This document shows positions 24,063 to 35,340 of a DNA stretch of 64,000 bases, in pieces. The DNA comes from Malacoraja senta. Lineage: Eukaryota. The notes under the pieces were generated by a model. It was not told the origin of the DNA. It was given only the letters and a program-made list of their open reading frames with translations, and searched no databases. The position numbers were made by a program, and so were the translations under genes. Numbering within the stretch: position 1 is the first letter of the stretch; the number at the start of each line of letters is the position of its first letter. The DNA lies in the NCBI GenBank assembly GCA_038087875.1, contig CM075996.1, positions 10,666,001-10,730,000 of the forward strand, read 5' to 3'.

Positions 24063-24601
24063 CAACTTGTCTTTATCCTTCTTTGTTTTTGTTGCATCTT
24101 TGGCAATAGCAGACATTAATTTACAACAATCATCAACAAGTAACTTACCACTAAAATCATACCTTTTTTTCCACATGTTTAAGTACTTACAATTACGCCT
24201 ACTTTGTATAAACATACATTTCTCATCACCTTCATCACCTTTTGAGTTTGTCGAGCCCATTCTGATTCCCTCCTCGAGACTTACGACTATACTTTTTCCC
24301 TGTCCAACTTGACTCCGAAGTCCCAGACTTCTTACCATTGGCGACCCTGTCGCCTGAGTAGTCCAATTACTCTTCTCAATTGTCCCCGACAATTCTGTCC
24401 GTCGTCTCCGGTCTCCGAGGAAGGTAACAAAATACAACTCGGCAAAGTCAAAATTACTTAGCTGGGGCCCCACTATCTACGGAACGTTCACTCCTACCTC
24501 CGGCGTGTCGGTTGGGCCCCGTCACTCTGTCCCGGCGTCCGTAAGGAACCTTAACATGAGCGCTCTTGGTTCCCCTGGAAACCGGCAACAGAGGTATTGG
24601 G

Positions 24602-24619
24602 GCCCCACGTTGGGTACCA
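24602..24619 (-). promoter_or_regulatory. Primer binding site, tRNA-Lys1,2 type
   Basis: TGGTACCCAACGTGGGGC versus the known Lys1,2 PBS TGGCGCCCAACGTGGGGC (2 mismatches at a CpG), 4 nt after the 5' LTR. Confidence 0.88.
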
Positions 24620-24623
24620 ATTA

Positions 24624-25014
24624 TGTTAGAAATTTTCCAACAGACGACTATTACGAAAACTGAGGTACAACTGAACAAACTTTATTGTGAGAGAGAGAGA
24701 GTCACACAGAGCACAAGAATCTGTGCGAGTCCCCCTTTTGCTAATGCTGAAACACATCTCTTTTATACATTGATTGAAACCAAAAAGCGTCGAGACAATG
24801 GCAACTGATAAGGAAACTCAGAATTGAAAGGAAATAACAGTTAGCTGCGGAATGTTTTGTCGGAGCAAGATTAGCGGTTCTGCAAGCTATGTGATTACTC
24901 CTAATCACTCGATTAGGACCTGTTAATTACTTGCGCCCTAGGCAGTTTCGGTAAGCGATCTTGTACAGACACAGATAGAATACACAAGGTAACGGATACA
25001 TAAATTTTCCATCA
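24624..25014 (-). repeat. ERV 5' LTR (391 bp)
   Basis: TG...CA termini. Minus-strand TATAAAA at 24761-24767 and AATAAA at 24681-24686. Followed by the PBS. Confidence 0.95.
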
Positions 25015-25060
25015 CCCACCGTTCGTCAAAAGGCGCAGAAAGAACGAACCAGTTCTGCAG

Positions 25061-25103
25061 CAAAGATCCTGCAGCTCAGCTCCGCTCCGCTATAGGATCT
25101 TTG
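25061..25103. mobile_element. 43-bp TIR remnant with perfect 8-bp TSD
   Basis: TTCTGCAG-[CAAAGATCCT...CGCTATAGGATCTTTG]-TTCTGCAG. Confidence 0.85.
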
Positions 25104-25119
25104 TTCTGCAGATCCCGAG

Positions 25120-25490
25120 GTCAGCGGCGCTCACGCGCTGAATAAGCTTCTCACTGTCGGCGCAGCTTGTGAAGCCCCGCCCCTCCCATCCCCCGCCCGC
25201 CCGCTGCAGCCCACTCACTCGCCCGGCTCCCCCCCTCACCTCTTCTCACCTCCTCCCCTCTCCTCCCTCCCACTCTCCCCTCTCCTCTCTACCCATCACA
25301 GGGGACGACCTCCTCTCCGTGTCCGCGGCCCGTCCGTCTGTAACGGTGGCGGAAGCCATGATCGGCCGGTCCTCCACTGCTTTTGGCAGTCCTCAGCAAA
25401 GAGCCTATAGTTCGCTATAGGATCTTTGGTCCTCAGATCGCTCCGGGCCTCACTCGGGCCCCCGCGACCTGCCGCCCCCGCCCCACTCCC
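25120..25490. promoter_or_regulatory. CpG/GC-rich segment with GC boxes (possible promoter)
   Basis: High CpG density and several CCCCGCCC motifs (~25175, ~25191, ~25476). Confidence 0.35.
25397..25428. mobile_element. 32-bp TIR remnant with perfect 8-bp TSD
   Basis: GTCCTCAG-[CAAAGAGCCTATAGTTCGCTATAGGATCTTTG]-GTCCTCAG. Confidence 0.88.
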
Positions 25491-26495
25491 CTCTCTCTCT
25501 CTCTCTCCCTCTCTCTCCCCTCTCTCCCTCTCTCCCATCTCTCCCATCTCTCCCTCTCCCTCTCTCCCATCTCTCCCATCTCTCCCTCTCTCTCTCCCCC
25601 TCTCTCTTTCCCCCTCTCTCTCTCTTCCCCCTCTCTCTCTCTTCCCCCTCTCTCCCTCTTCCCCCTCCCTCTCTCTTCCCCCTCTCTCTCTCTCCCCCCT
25701 CCCTCTCTCTCTCCCCCCCCTCTCTCTCCCCCCCCTCTCTCTCTCCCCCTCTCTCTCTCCCTCTCTCTCTCCCCCCTCTCTCTCTCTCCCCCCTCTCTCT
25801 CTCTCTCCCCTCTCTCTCTCTCTCTCCCCCCTCTCCCATCTCTCCCATCTCTCCCTCTCCCTCTCTCCCATCTCTCCCATCTCTCCCATCTCTCCCTCTC
25901 TCTCCCTCTCTCTCCCTCTCTCTCCCTCTCTCTCCCTCTCTCTCTCCCCCTCTCTCTCTCACCCTCTCTCTTTCCCCCTCTCTCTCTCTCCCCCCCCTCT
26001 CTCTCTCTCTCCCCCCGTCTCTTCCCCCACTCTCTCCCTCTCCCCATCTATCCTCTCTCCCGCTCTCTCCCCCCCTCTATCTCTCTCTCCCCCTCTCTCC
26101 GTCTCTCTCCCACCGTCCCTCACTCTCTCTGTCCCCCTTCCTCTCTGTCACCCTTCCTCTCTCCCCACTTCCTCTCCCCCACCCCCCTTGCCCTCCCCCA
26201 CCCTCCCTCCCCTAAACTCCCCTCCCCTCCACACCCTCCACCCCTCCCCTTCCCATCCCCCCCTCAGCACCCCTCTCTCCCTCTCTCCCCCTCTCCTCCC
26301 CTCTCACTCTCCTCCCCTCTCTGTCTCCTCCCATCTCTCTCTCTCTCCCCTCCTCCTCCACCCTCACCCACCCTCCCTCTCCTCCTCCCCTCCACCCCCC
26401 TCTCCCTCTGTCTCTTGCCCTTCTGTCTCTGCCCCTCTCTCTCTGTCTCTCCCCATTCTCTCTCTGCCCTCACTCTCTACCCCCCCTCCGTCTCT
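25485..26495. repeat. CT-rich low-complexity polypyrimidine tract
   Basis: About 1 kb almost entirely C/T, with CTCTCCCAT subunits. Confidence 0.95.
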
Positions 26496-26719
26496 AGACG
26501 CGCCTGCGAGTTGGGGGCTATGCGTCTGTGGATCGGGCGATTATGCGGTAAAAGGAGCAAATTAGTAATATTCATTTAATATCAAGGGGAGTAGTTAGCG
26601 TGTGTGCAAGGGGGTAGTTAGTGTGTGTGTGGGGGTGGTTAGTGTGTGTGACGTCGCATGCCGCCCCCCCCCCAGCAACCGTGTGGGGGGGGAACAGACC
26701 CAACGGGTCTGCACTTGGT

Positions 26720-27080
26720 ACACAAAAATGCTGGAGAAACTCAGCGGGTGCAGCAGCATCTATGTAGCGAAGGAAATAGGCAACGTTTCGTGCCGAAACC
26801 CTTCTTCAGACTGATGGGGGGTGGGGAGAAGAAAGGAAAAATGCGGAGGAGGAGCCCGAGGGCTGAGGGATGGGAGGAGACAACCCGAGGGCTGAGGAAG
26901 GGGAGGAGACAGCAAGGGCTAACAGAATTGGGAGAATTCAATGTTCATGCCCCCAGGATGCAGACTCCCCAAGCGGAATATGAGGTGCTGTTCCTCCAAT
27001 TTCCGGTGTTGCTGGCTCTGGCCATGGAGGAGACCCAGGACAGAGAGGTCGGATACGGAATGGGAGGGGGAGTTGAAGGG
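26720..27080 (-). mobile_element. Penelope-derived insertion with a 15-bp duplication
   Basis: The minus strand encodes the GIY-YIG C-terminal LEEQHLIFRLG. Flanked by GGGTCTGCACTTGGT at 26705-26719 and 27081-27095. Confidence 0.75.
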
Positions 27081-27104
27081 GGGTCTGCACTTGGTCTAGT
27101 ACTC

Positions 27105-27770
27105 ACTAAAATTGATGATGTCAAAGGAAGATGGAAAGAGAACTTCCAAGACCTCTACAACAAGCAAAACCCAGTTGACGAAGAATTCAAAAATACCATC
27201 CCCCAAATAGCAATCACTACTGTGGAACCAGTTATTCTGCACGACGAGATCATCAGCTCAATTAGAATGCTTTCAGATGGAAAAGCCCCGGGCTATGGCA
27301 GTATTACTGGAGAAGAACTTAAAGCAGCTGGAGACAAAGGAGTTGATATTATACACAAACTGCAAGAAAATATGGGGCGCAGAAGAATTTCCCAATGACT
27401 GGGGAAAGGCAATCATTACACCAATCTACAAGAAAAAAGACAAGCTAGACGGGCAATTATAAGGGAATCAGCCTGCTTAGTCATTCATGCAAAATACTCA
27501 TCCTAATACTTCAAAGACGCATCACAAAAACGGCAGAAGAGATTCTATCAGAAGCCCAAGCAGGGTTTAGACCAGGTTGGTCACCCATTGATCAACTGTT
27601 CACTAAGACAAAAAATGGAAAAACACCTCGAAAAGAAAAAAGGACTCTTCTGTTGCTATATCGACTTTGAAAAGACCTTTGATTCTGTGTGACAGGAGGG
27701 ATTGTGGAAGGCACTTGGTTTCTTTGGTTTTTCCAACAAAATTATAAGGCCTAAACCTAAAAGCACTTTA
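27105..27770 (+). mobile_element. RTE-clade LINE RT fragment
   Basis: RWKENFQDLYN, GKAPGYGSITGEELK, PNDWGKAIITPIYKK, QAGFRPG and IDFEK motifs. Confidence 0.75.
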
Positions 27771-28254
27771 CCAGAAATATACAATTTTCAATTTTATTGC
27801 ACAATTAACCCTGTCACCACAAAACACCATAAATTTTGTTTTATTTTCATTTAGGGATAATTTATCCCTATTTGCCAGATTAGACTGGCAAATGATACTT
27901 AAAGGGTCTGAAGAAGGGTCTCGACCCGAAACATCACCTATTCCTTCGCTCCATAGATGCTGCCTTACCCGCTGAATTTCTCCAGCATCTTTGTAGGTTT
28001 CCATGAGGTCCCTCCTCATCCTTCTCAACTCCAGTGAGTACAGGGCCAGAGCCTTCAAATGTTCCTCACAGGTTGACCCAATCATCCCCAGGATCATTCT
28101 TGTAAACCTGCTCTGGACCCTCTCCAACACCAGCACATCCTTCCTGAGATATGGGGCCCAAACTTCATATACCTCTGATGCCACCTTCATGGATCCTTGG
28201 AATTCTACAGGCCCCACTGTTCATCAATACTCTCTAGAGCCCTACCATTCGCTG

Positions 28255-28575
28255 TTTAGTTTAGCGATACAGCATGAAAACAGGCCCTTCGGCTCACTGA
28301 GTCCACGCCGACCATCGATTGCCCATTCAAACTATTTCTATGTTATCAAACTTTCTCATCCACTCTCTGCACATGGGCAATTTACAGTGGGCCAATCAAC
28401 CTACAAACCTGCATGTCTTTGGGATGTGGGAGGAAACCAGAGCACCCAGAGGAAACCCACACGGTCACAGGGAGAACGCGCAAACTCCATGCAGACAGCA
28501 TCCGAGGTCAGGAACGAACTTGGTTGTCTGGCGCTGTGTGGTAGTAGCTCTGGCTCTGTGTCTAGGTGCCGCCTC
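28255..28575 (-). mobile_element. V-SINE/HE1-like SINE
   Basis: Reverse complement of the SINE unit at 750-1275, with an (AAACT)n tail. Confidence 0.7.
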
Positions 28576-29369
28576 TGTGTACATACTAACATTCCATCCA
28601 AAAACATCACCACACAATTACCATCTGCTGTTGCAATGCCGCGGTTACCACGTCTGTGAAATGGTGCATGGCCGTGGAAGTCATAATGACATCCTTGGCA
28701 TTTAACCATCAAAGAGGCTGCAATATGGGAGAAAAATATTCAAATTGGTCTGGGCGGTTAACAAAGCATTTCATGAAGCACACAACGTACACAGCCGGGA
28801 AGTTACATCTATAAGGCATTATATGAAGCCTGGCTTGAGTCCTGTGCCCAGTTCCAGAAATACAGGTACAGAATTGTGAGGTTTGGAGAGGGCTCAGAGG
28901 GATTTACAGGAGCTCTTGAGAGATGAGGAATTATGTGTGGCAGACACAAAGTGCTGGAGTAACTCAGCAGGACAGGCAACATCCCTGGTGAGAAGGAATG
29001 GGTGACGTTTCGGGTCGATACCCTTCTTGGGTGTAAGTGGGTGGGAAAGGGAAGCCAAGGATGTTTCCTTAGAGTTGAGGGGCAAGAGGAGCAGTAACAG
29101 CACTGTGGTGCAGCTTGTGGAGCCACCTTTTCGCAGCTCCTCTGACCCCGGTTCAATCCTGACCTCGGGTGCTGCCTGTGTGGAGTTTGCACGCTCTCCT
29201 TCTGAATGTGTGAGTTCCCTTTGGGCGCATCAGGGAAGCAGTCCCAGCTGTGAAGGGTGTGGTTGCGATAACCAGAAGGTATTGATTTAAGGTGGTTGGA
29301 TGAAGAAATGAAGACAAACATTGGAAGTACATTTTACATGAAGGGGCGAGCACTTGAAATAGCAGACAA

Positions 29370-29890
29370 AATGTGTAGGAAGGAACTGCAGATGTTGGTT
29401 TAAACCGAAGATAGACACATAAAGCTGGAGTAACAGTGGGACAGGCAGCATGTCTGGAGAGAAGGAATGGACGTTTCGGTTCGAGACAGTTCTTCAGACA
29501 AAGTCTCAGGAAAGGGAAATGAGAGATATAGTTGATGATGTAGAGAGAGATATAGAACAATGAATGAAAGATATGCAAAAAAGTAACAATGATAAAAGAA
29601 ACAGGCCATTGTTAGCTGTTTGCTGGGTGAAAACAAGAAGCTGGTGCGACTTGGGTGGGGGAGGGATGGAGAGAGAGGGAATACCGGGGTTCTTTGAAGT
29701 TAGAGAAATCAATATTCTTTGCTCTAAGATGCCCAAGCAAAATATGAGATGCTGTTCCTCCAATTTGCGTTTAGCTTCACTCTGACAATGTAGGAGACCG
29801 AGGACAGAAAGGTCTGAGTGGGAATGGGAAGGAGAATTAAAGTGTTTAGCAACCGGGAGATCAGGTAGGTCCAGGCAGACTGAGTGAAGG
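29370..29890 (-). mobile_element. Penelope-derived repeat
   Basis: HFNSPSHSHSDLSVLGL...KLEEQHLIFCLG (GIY-YIG C-terminus) and the shared terminal region. Related copies at ~34170-34880, 35720-36300, 49380-49740 and 58770-59325. Confidence 0.75.
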
Positions 29891-30838
29891 GGTTGGGTGT
29901 GGGAGTGGTGGTGGGTTGGTAGGGGTGGTGGGAGTGATTGAACGGTCGCAGGTAGTAATGGGGATTGGGGGGTGTGGCTGGTGGTGGTGTGTGGGGGTAG
30001 TATCAGGGTGTGGTGTAGGGATGGGGCTGGTGGCGGGGGGATGGGGTGTTGGGATGGAGGGAGTGGGTGAGGGGAGTGCTGGTGGATGGTCAGTGGAGGT
30101 GTTGGGAGAGATTGAGGTTGATGGGGGTTGCTGGGCGTTCGGGTTGGTGGGGGGTGGCGGTGGGGTGGATGGTGGGTGGGGAGTGGCAGGGTATGGCGCA
30201 AGAATGGAAGGGATGGGGGTGTGGAGTGGTGGGGGTGGGCGAGAGTGGGGAGTGGGGGTTGGGGTGCGGCGGTGGATATGGTGGGGGGTGGTGGACGTGG
30301 GGATGGGGGGGTAGGTGGGAGTCAGGATGTTGGGGTAGGGGGGTGGGAGGTGCTTTTGTGGGGTTGGAGGGTAGGTGATGGGGGAATGGGTGTGATGGGG
30401 AGATGGTGGTATGGCTGGTGCTGGTGTGAGGGTCAGGTGGTGAGGGTGTAGGAGAGGGGGTGGTGCTGTTGTGCTGGTGTTGTGTGGGTCAGGATGCGGC
30501 TGGTGTGAGGGTGGGGATCGGGGGCGTGGTGCTGGTGTAGGGGTGCTGGTGCTGTTTTGTGAGGGGGTCGGGGGGCGGTGATCAGGGTCAGGGTGGTGCC
30601 GCTGCTGTGGTGCTGGTGTGTGATGGTTAGGGTGGTGAGGGTGTGTGAGTGTGGGGGTGGTGCTGATATGTTGAGGTCAGGGTGCCGTAGATCAGGGTTA
30701 GGGTGGTGCTGCTGTTGTCAGGGTATTGGTGGTGTGAGGGTCAGGGTGGTGGGGGTGTAGGAGGTGAAAGGGGTAAGGGTGTGGGAGTGTGAAGGTGTGG
30801 GAGTGGGGTGGTGCTGTTGTGTCTGGATCAGGAGGGGT
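29890..30838. repeat. GT/G-rich low-complexity tract
   Basis: GGTG/GGGG-rich and nearly C-free on the plus strand. Confidence 0.9.
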
Positions 30839-32058
30839 CAATAGACAATAGGTGCAGGAGTAGGCCCTTCGGCCCTTTGAGCCTGCACTGCAATTCACTG
30901 TGATCATGGCTGATCATCCACAATCAGTACCCTGTTCCTGCCTTCTCCCCATATCCCTTGTTTCTGCTATCTATAAGAGCTCTAGCTAAGTCTCTCTTGA
31001 AAGCCTCTAGAGAATTGGCCTCCACTGCCTTCTGAGGCAGAGAATTCCACAGATTCACAACTGTGTGAAAACGTTTTTCCTCATCTCCGTTCTAAATGGC
31101 TTACCCGTTATTCTTGAATTGTGGCCTCTGATTCTGGACTCTCCCAACATCGGGAACATGTTTCCTGCCTCTAGCGTGTCCAAACCTTTAATAATCTTAT
31201 ATGTTTCAATAAGATACCCTCTCATCCTTCTAAATTCCAGAGTATGCAAGCCCAGACGCTCCATTCTGTCAACATTTGACAGACCCGCTAACCCTGGAAT
31301 TACCTTGGCGAACCTTCGCTGCACTCCCTCAATAGCAAGAATGTCCTTCCTCAAATTTGGAGACCAAAACTGCACACAATACTCCAGGTGTGAACTCAAT
31401 AGAGCCCTGTGCAACTGCAGAAGGACCTCTTTGCTCCTATACTCAACACCTCTTGTTACGAAGGCCAACATGCCATTCACTTTCTTCACTGCCTGCTCTA
31501 CCTGCATGCTTACTTTCAGTGACTGATGAACAAGGACCCCCCAGGTCTCGCTGTATTTCCCCTTCCCAACGACACCATTTAGATAATAATATTCCTTTCT
31601 GTTTTTGCTACCAAAGTGGATAACCTCACATTTATCCACATTAAACTGCATCTGCCCACTCACCGAACCTGTCCAAGTCACCCTGCATTCTCATAGCATC
31701 CTCCTCACAGTTCACACTGCCACCCAGCTTTGTGTCATCTGCAAATTTGCTAATGTTACTTTTAATCCCTTCATCTAAATCATTAATGTATATTGTAATA
31801 GCTGCGGTCCCAGCACCGAGCCTTGCGGTACCCCACTAGTCACTGCCTGCCATTCTGAAAGGGACCTGTTTATCCCTATTCTTTGTTTCCTGTCCGCCAA
31901 CCTATTTTCTATCCATGTCAGTACCCTACCCCCAATACCATGCGCTCTAATTTTGCCCACTAATCTATGTGGGACCTTATCAAATGCTTTCTGAAAGTCC
32001 AGGTACACTACATTCACTGGCTCTCACTTGTCCATTTTCCTAGTTACATACTCAAAGA
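30838..32058 (-). mobile_element. Decayed CR1 LINE (RT to 3' end)
   Basis: ORFs 31055..31681 and 31775..32017 carry CR1 RT motifs. Confidence 0.88.
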
Positions 32059-32456
32059 ACTCGGACCGATCCTGCTACTGTTATTCAAATATGCCGCTAT
32101 TTCATCTTTTATAGTCAGAGTGAGGCTATTGTGTGGAGGTGGGGATCAGGGAGGGGAGGTGAGGGTGGTGCCGGTTGGAAGGTGGGGGTGGTGGTGCCAC
32201 AGTTGTCACGGTTCCTGTTCCCACCCCCGGGGAGTGGAACCGCGACACAAACTAACACTCTAGAATGTAGCATTTTGAACGATGCAGCCAATGGGGCCGG
32301 AACATAGAAACAGACACAGACAGACGGTGTTGGAGGAGGTTGTGTCTGGTGTCTGCTCTGCTCTGCTCAGCTCAGCTCAGCTCTGCTATACTCTACCCTA
32401 CCCTTCCCTACCCTACCCTCATCCACCATCATCTACTATATTATACTATACTCTAG

Positions 32457-32576
32457 GTGCGGCGAGGACAGACGGCGACCAGAAGGGGAGTGGTTGAAGT
32501 GGCCACGCTCCTGCTCCTTGTTCCCGGCGCCGCAGGGCAGCTTCTGCCGCTCGGACCCCGCAGGGACCATCACTCG
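32457..32576 (+). other. Candidate non-coding 5' exon of the SUN2-like gene
   Basis: CpG-rich segment ending in a strong donor CG|GTGAGT at 32576/32577, ~870 bp upstream of the ATG exon acceptor. Start coordinate is uncertain. Confidence 0.4.
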
Positions 32577-33506
32577 GTGAGTCTGTCTGTCTGTCTGTCG
32601 TGTCGGTCCCTGGCCCCTCACAGGTGACCACTCCTCCCGACGCCGGGGGCCCTACGGACGGGGGAGGCTCCCAGCCTCACCCCTTTGACTGCCTCCCCTT
32701 AAACACCGACCCACGGCAGCTCTGTCAGAGCCCAGGGACGGGCAGGCCGGTGGGGGTGAGTAGGAGGGGTTTAGGGAGACGTGTAAAATCACAAAGGATA
32801 GTGAGTGAGGAGAAGTCGTGAGTAGGGACGACAAGGTCACTGTGTTGATGGTGCAGGTTTAAAAGGGTGGCATGGTGGCGCAGTGTAGAGTTGCTGCCTT
32901 ACAGCGCTTGGATGTGAGTGGGCAGATCTAGCTCTTTTGAAAGTATCTAGAGAACTGGCCTCCACCGCCCTCTGAGGCAGAGAATTCCACAGACTCACAA
33001 CTCTCCTTGTGAAAAAGCGTTTCCTGATCTCCGTTCTAACTGGCTTACTGCATTCTCATAGCATCCTCCTCACAGTTCACACTGCCACCCAGCTTTGTGT
33101 CATCTGCAAATTTGCTAATGTTACGTTTAATCCCTTCATCTAAATCATTAATATATATTGTAAATAGCTGCGGTCCCAGCACCGAGCCTTGCGGTACCCC
33201 ACTAGTCACTGCCTTCCATTCTAAAAGGGACCCGTTAATCCCTACACTTTGTTTCCTATCTACCAACCAATTTTCTATCCATGTCAGCACTCTACCCCAA
33301 TACCATGTGCCCTGCCATGTGCAGGGAGGGTGTGTAAGATGACAGCAATGTGTTCCCCCCCCTCCCTCTCTGGGCCAGCGGGCAGGGTGCCAGTGCCCAG
33401 TGCAGGGCTGCCCTTCACACTGTCTTTCTCTTTGCTCACAGTTAGTGCGGAAGACTCGCAGTGCCGTGCTCGGGCTGAGGCTCGGGGTTGTGGTGCTACG
33501 GTGAGG

Positions 33507-33628
33507 ATGTCCCGCCGCAGTTCACGTCTGGCCGCCAACGGCTACTACCAGCTCCGCGACGACGCCTCCAGCAGCAGCGGTGGCTCCGTCAAATCCGGTA
33601 CTCCCTCTTACAAGGAGACTCCCGTCAG
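33507..33628 (+). CDS. SUN2: SUN domain-containing protein 2-like, first coding exon (acceptor at 33441)
   Basis: MSRRSSRLAANGYYQLRDDASSSSGGSVKSGTPSYKETPVR resembles the SUN2 N-terminus (MSRRSQRL...SSSSGGS...KDSPLR). Donor AG|GTAACT, phase 2. Confidence 0.85.
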
Positions 33629-35059
33629 GTAACTCTCTTGTCTCGTTCTTCCCTCTCTCATTGTTTCCTCTCTAAGCTATGCTTCTTTCTAACAGTAAAG
33701 ATGCAGCCTCCACCCTCGCACCTCACTCAGGGAGCTGTGTATCACAACTCCAACTCCTCCCCCCCTTTCTATCCCCTCCCCCAGCACCGCCTCCCAACTT
33801 TCTATCCCCTCCCCGCAACTGCAACTGAACCTTTCCAGGAAAAAGTTCTAGACAAAAACTAAAGGAAAGTTCCAACAACCTCTTCTTTCCTGCTTGGAAT
33901 CTCAGGTGGAGGATGATAGGATGTAGGGTATATCTTTCATATGCCAAGGACAAGGTTGTCGTGCCAATAAGTTGTTGATGAACCCATTCGGTTGATGGGC
34001 TCATGAGGGATGTTGGAGGGTGCGAGAACAGGGGCTGCATGACCCGCAGAGTTCCTCCAGCACTTTGCGACTATTTTTTATGAACCAGCTTCTGCAGTTC
34101 CTTGAAGAGGGGGAGAGAAAGAGAGTCATCATATTCCTTCCCCGTGTGAAACAAACTTCTTCCCCCCCCTTTCCCAGCTCTGACAAGCGACTCTCTCCAT
34201 CCCTCCCCCACCCAAGTCGCACCAGCTTCTCATTCTCACTTAGCAAACGGCTAACAATGGCCTGTTTCCTTTATCATCGTTACTTTTTTGCATAACTTTC
34301 ATTAATTTGTTCCATATTTCACTACATCACTGTCTATTTATTATTATTATTTTTAAATTATTTTTATTAGAAGCAATTGTACAAGAATAAAACATTCGGC
34401 ATGTAAAATTATACAATTATTGTACAGCTTCAATTTTAACCTTTTAACCTGAAAATGAGGGAAAAGAAGAGAGAAAGAACAAGAGAGGGAAAAAGTGAAA
34501 AGTGAAAAGATAGGACCCCTAGACTACCAAAGTAGTGTGGCCAAAGAGTGAATAAAGATATGAGAGAGAAGAAAATAATGTTTTTTTTTTAAAGTGGAGA
34601 TATACCTGCCTCACCCAACCCAGAATCGGATTTAAATCCAAATTTGTGTTGCGCCATACTATCCTTGTAAGAATTCGGTAAAGGGTGTCCATGTCTTGAA
34701 AAATATATCACCGTCTATATCTCTCGTTTCCCTTTCCCCTGACTCTCAGTCTGAAGTAGGGTCTCGACCCGAAACATCACTGTTCATTCTCTCCAGATAT
34801 GCTGCCTGCCCCGCTGAGTTACTGCTGCTTTTTGTGTCTATCCGGTATGAACCTGTATCTGCAGTTCCTTCATACACCTACCTGTGAAATTTATCCTGCC
34901 ATCTTTTAGTTTAGTTTGTTGGTCACATGTATCGAGGTACAGTAAAAAGCTTTTGTTGCGTGCTAACCAGTCTGCGGAAAGACTATATGTGAATATAATC
35001 GAGCTACTCACAGTGCACATGATAAGGTACATAGCGTTTAGAGCCAGATAAAGCCAGTA

Positions 35060-35340
35060 AAGCCCGATTAAAAATAGTCCGATGGTCTCCAATAAGGTAG
35101 ATAGTGGTTCAGGACTGCTCTCTGGATATTAGTAGGATGATTCAGTTGCCTGATAACAGCTGGGAAGAAACTGTACCTGAATCTGGAGGTGTGCGTTTCC
35201 ACACTTTTACACCTTTTGCCTGATGGGTAAGGGGAGAAGGAGGAGTGGCCAGGGTGTATGACTGGTCCTTGAATGTGCTGGTGGCCTTGCCAAGGCAGCG
35301 TGGGGTGTAGTGTTGCCTCGGCAAGGCCACCACCATAATC
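35060..35340 (-). mobile_element. Rex1/Babar-like LINE 3' fragment
   Basis: HPGHSSFSPYPSGKR...TSRFRYSFFPAVIRQLN. Confidence 0.65.

Larger units (their letters stand above)
19495..24260 (-). pseudogene. gag: ERV gag (split by a CR1 at 20775-24062; frameshifts in the 3' part)
   Basis: MGSTNS myristoylation-type start at 24260. KKDKDKL|GNHEARLW rejoins across the LINE. Contains YRPW, an MHR-like CTQNKDEPVLHYFYRL, RG repeats and the zinc knuckle CFVCGKLDHWARDC (~19553-19594). Confidence 0.9.
11195..25014 (-). mobile_element. Full-length decayed endogenous retrovirus (class I / epsilon-like fish-type ERV) with two nested CR1 LINEs
   Basis: Paired LTRs and a 5-bp TSD CCCAC (11190-11194 and 25015-25019). 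PBS, PPT, gag, pro, RT, RNase H, IN and env occur in retroviral order. Confidence 0.96.

Noticed and set aside
25296..26579. Long ORFs (up to 398 aa) rich in S/L/P or E/R/G
   Set aside because: Artefacts of the CT-rich low-complexity tract, which lacks stop codons.
29506..30760. Pro/His- and Gly/Val/Trp-rich ORFs
   Set aside because: Low-complexity G-rich DNA; only the Penelope tail portion is real.
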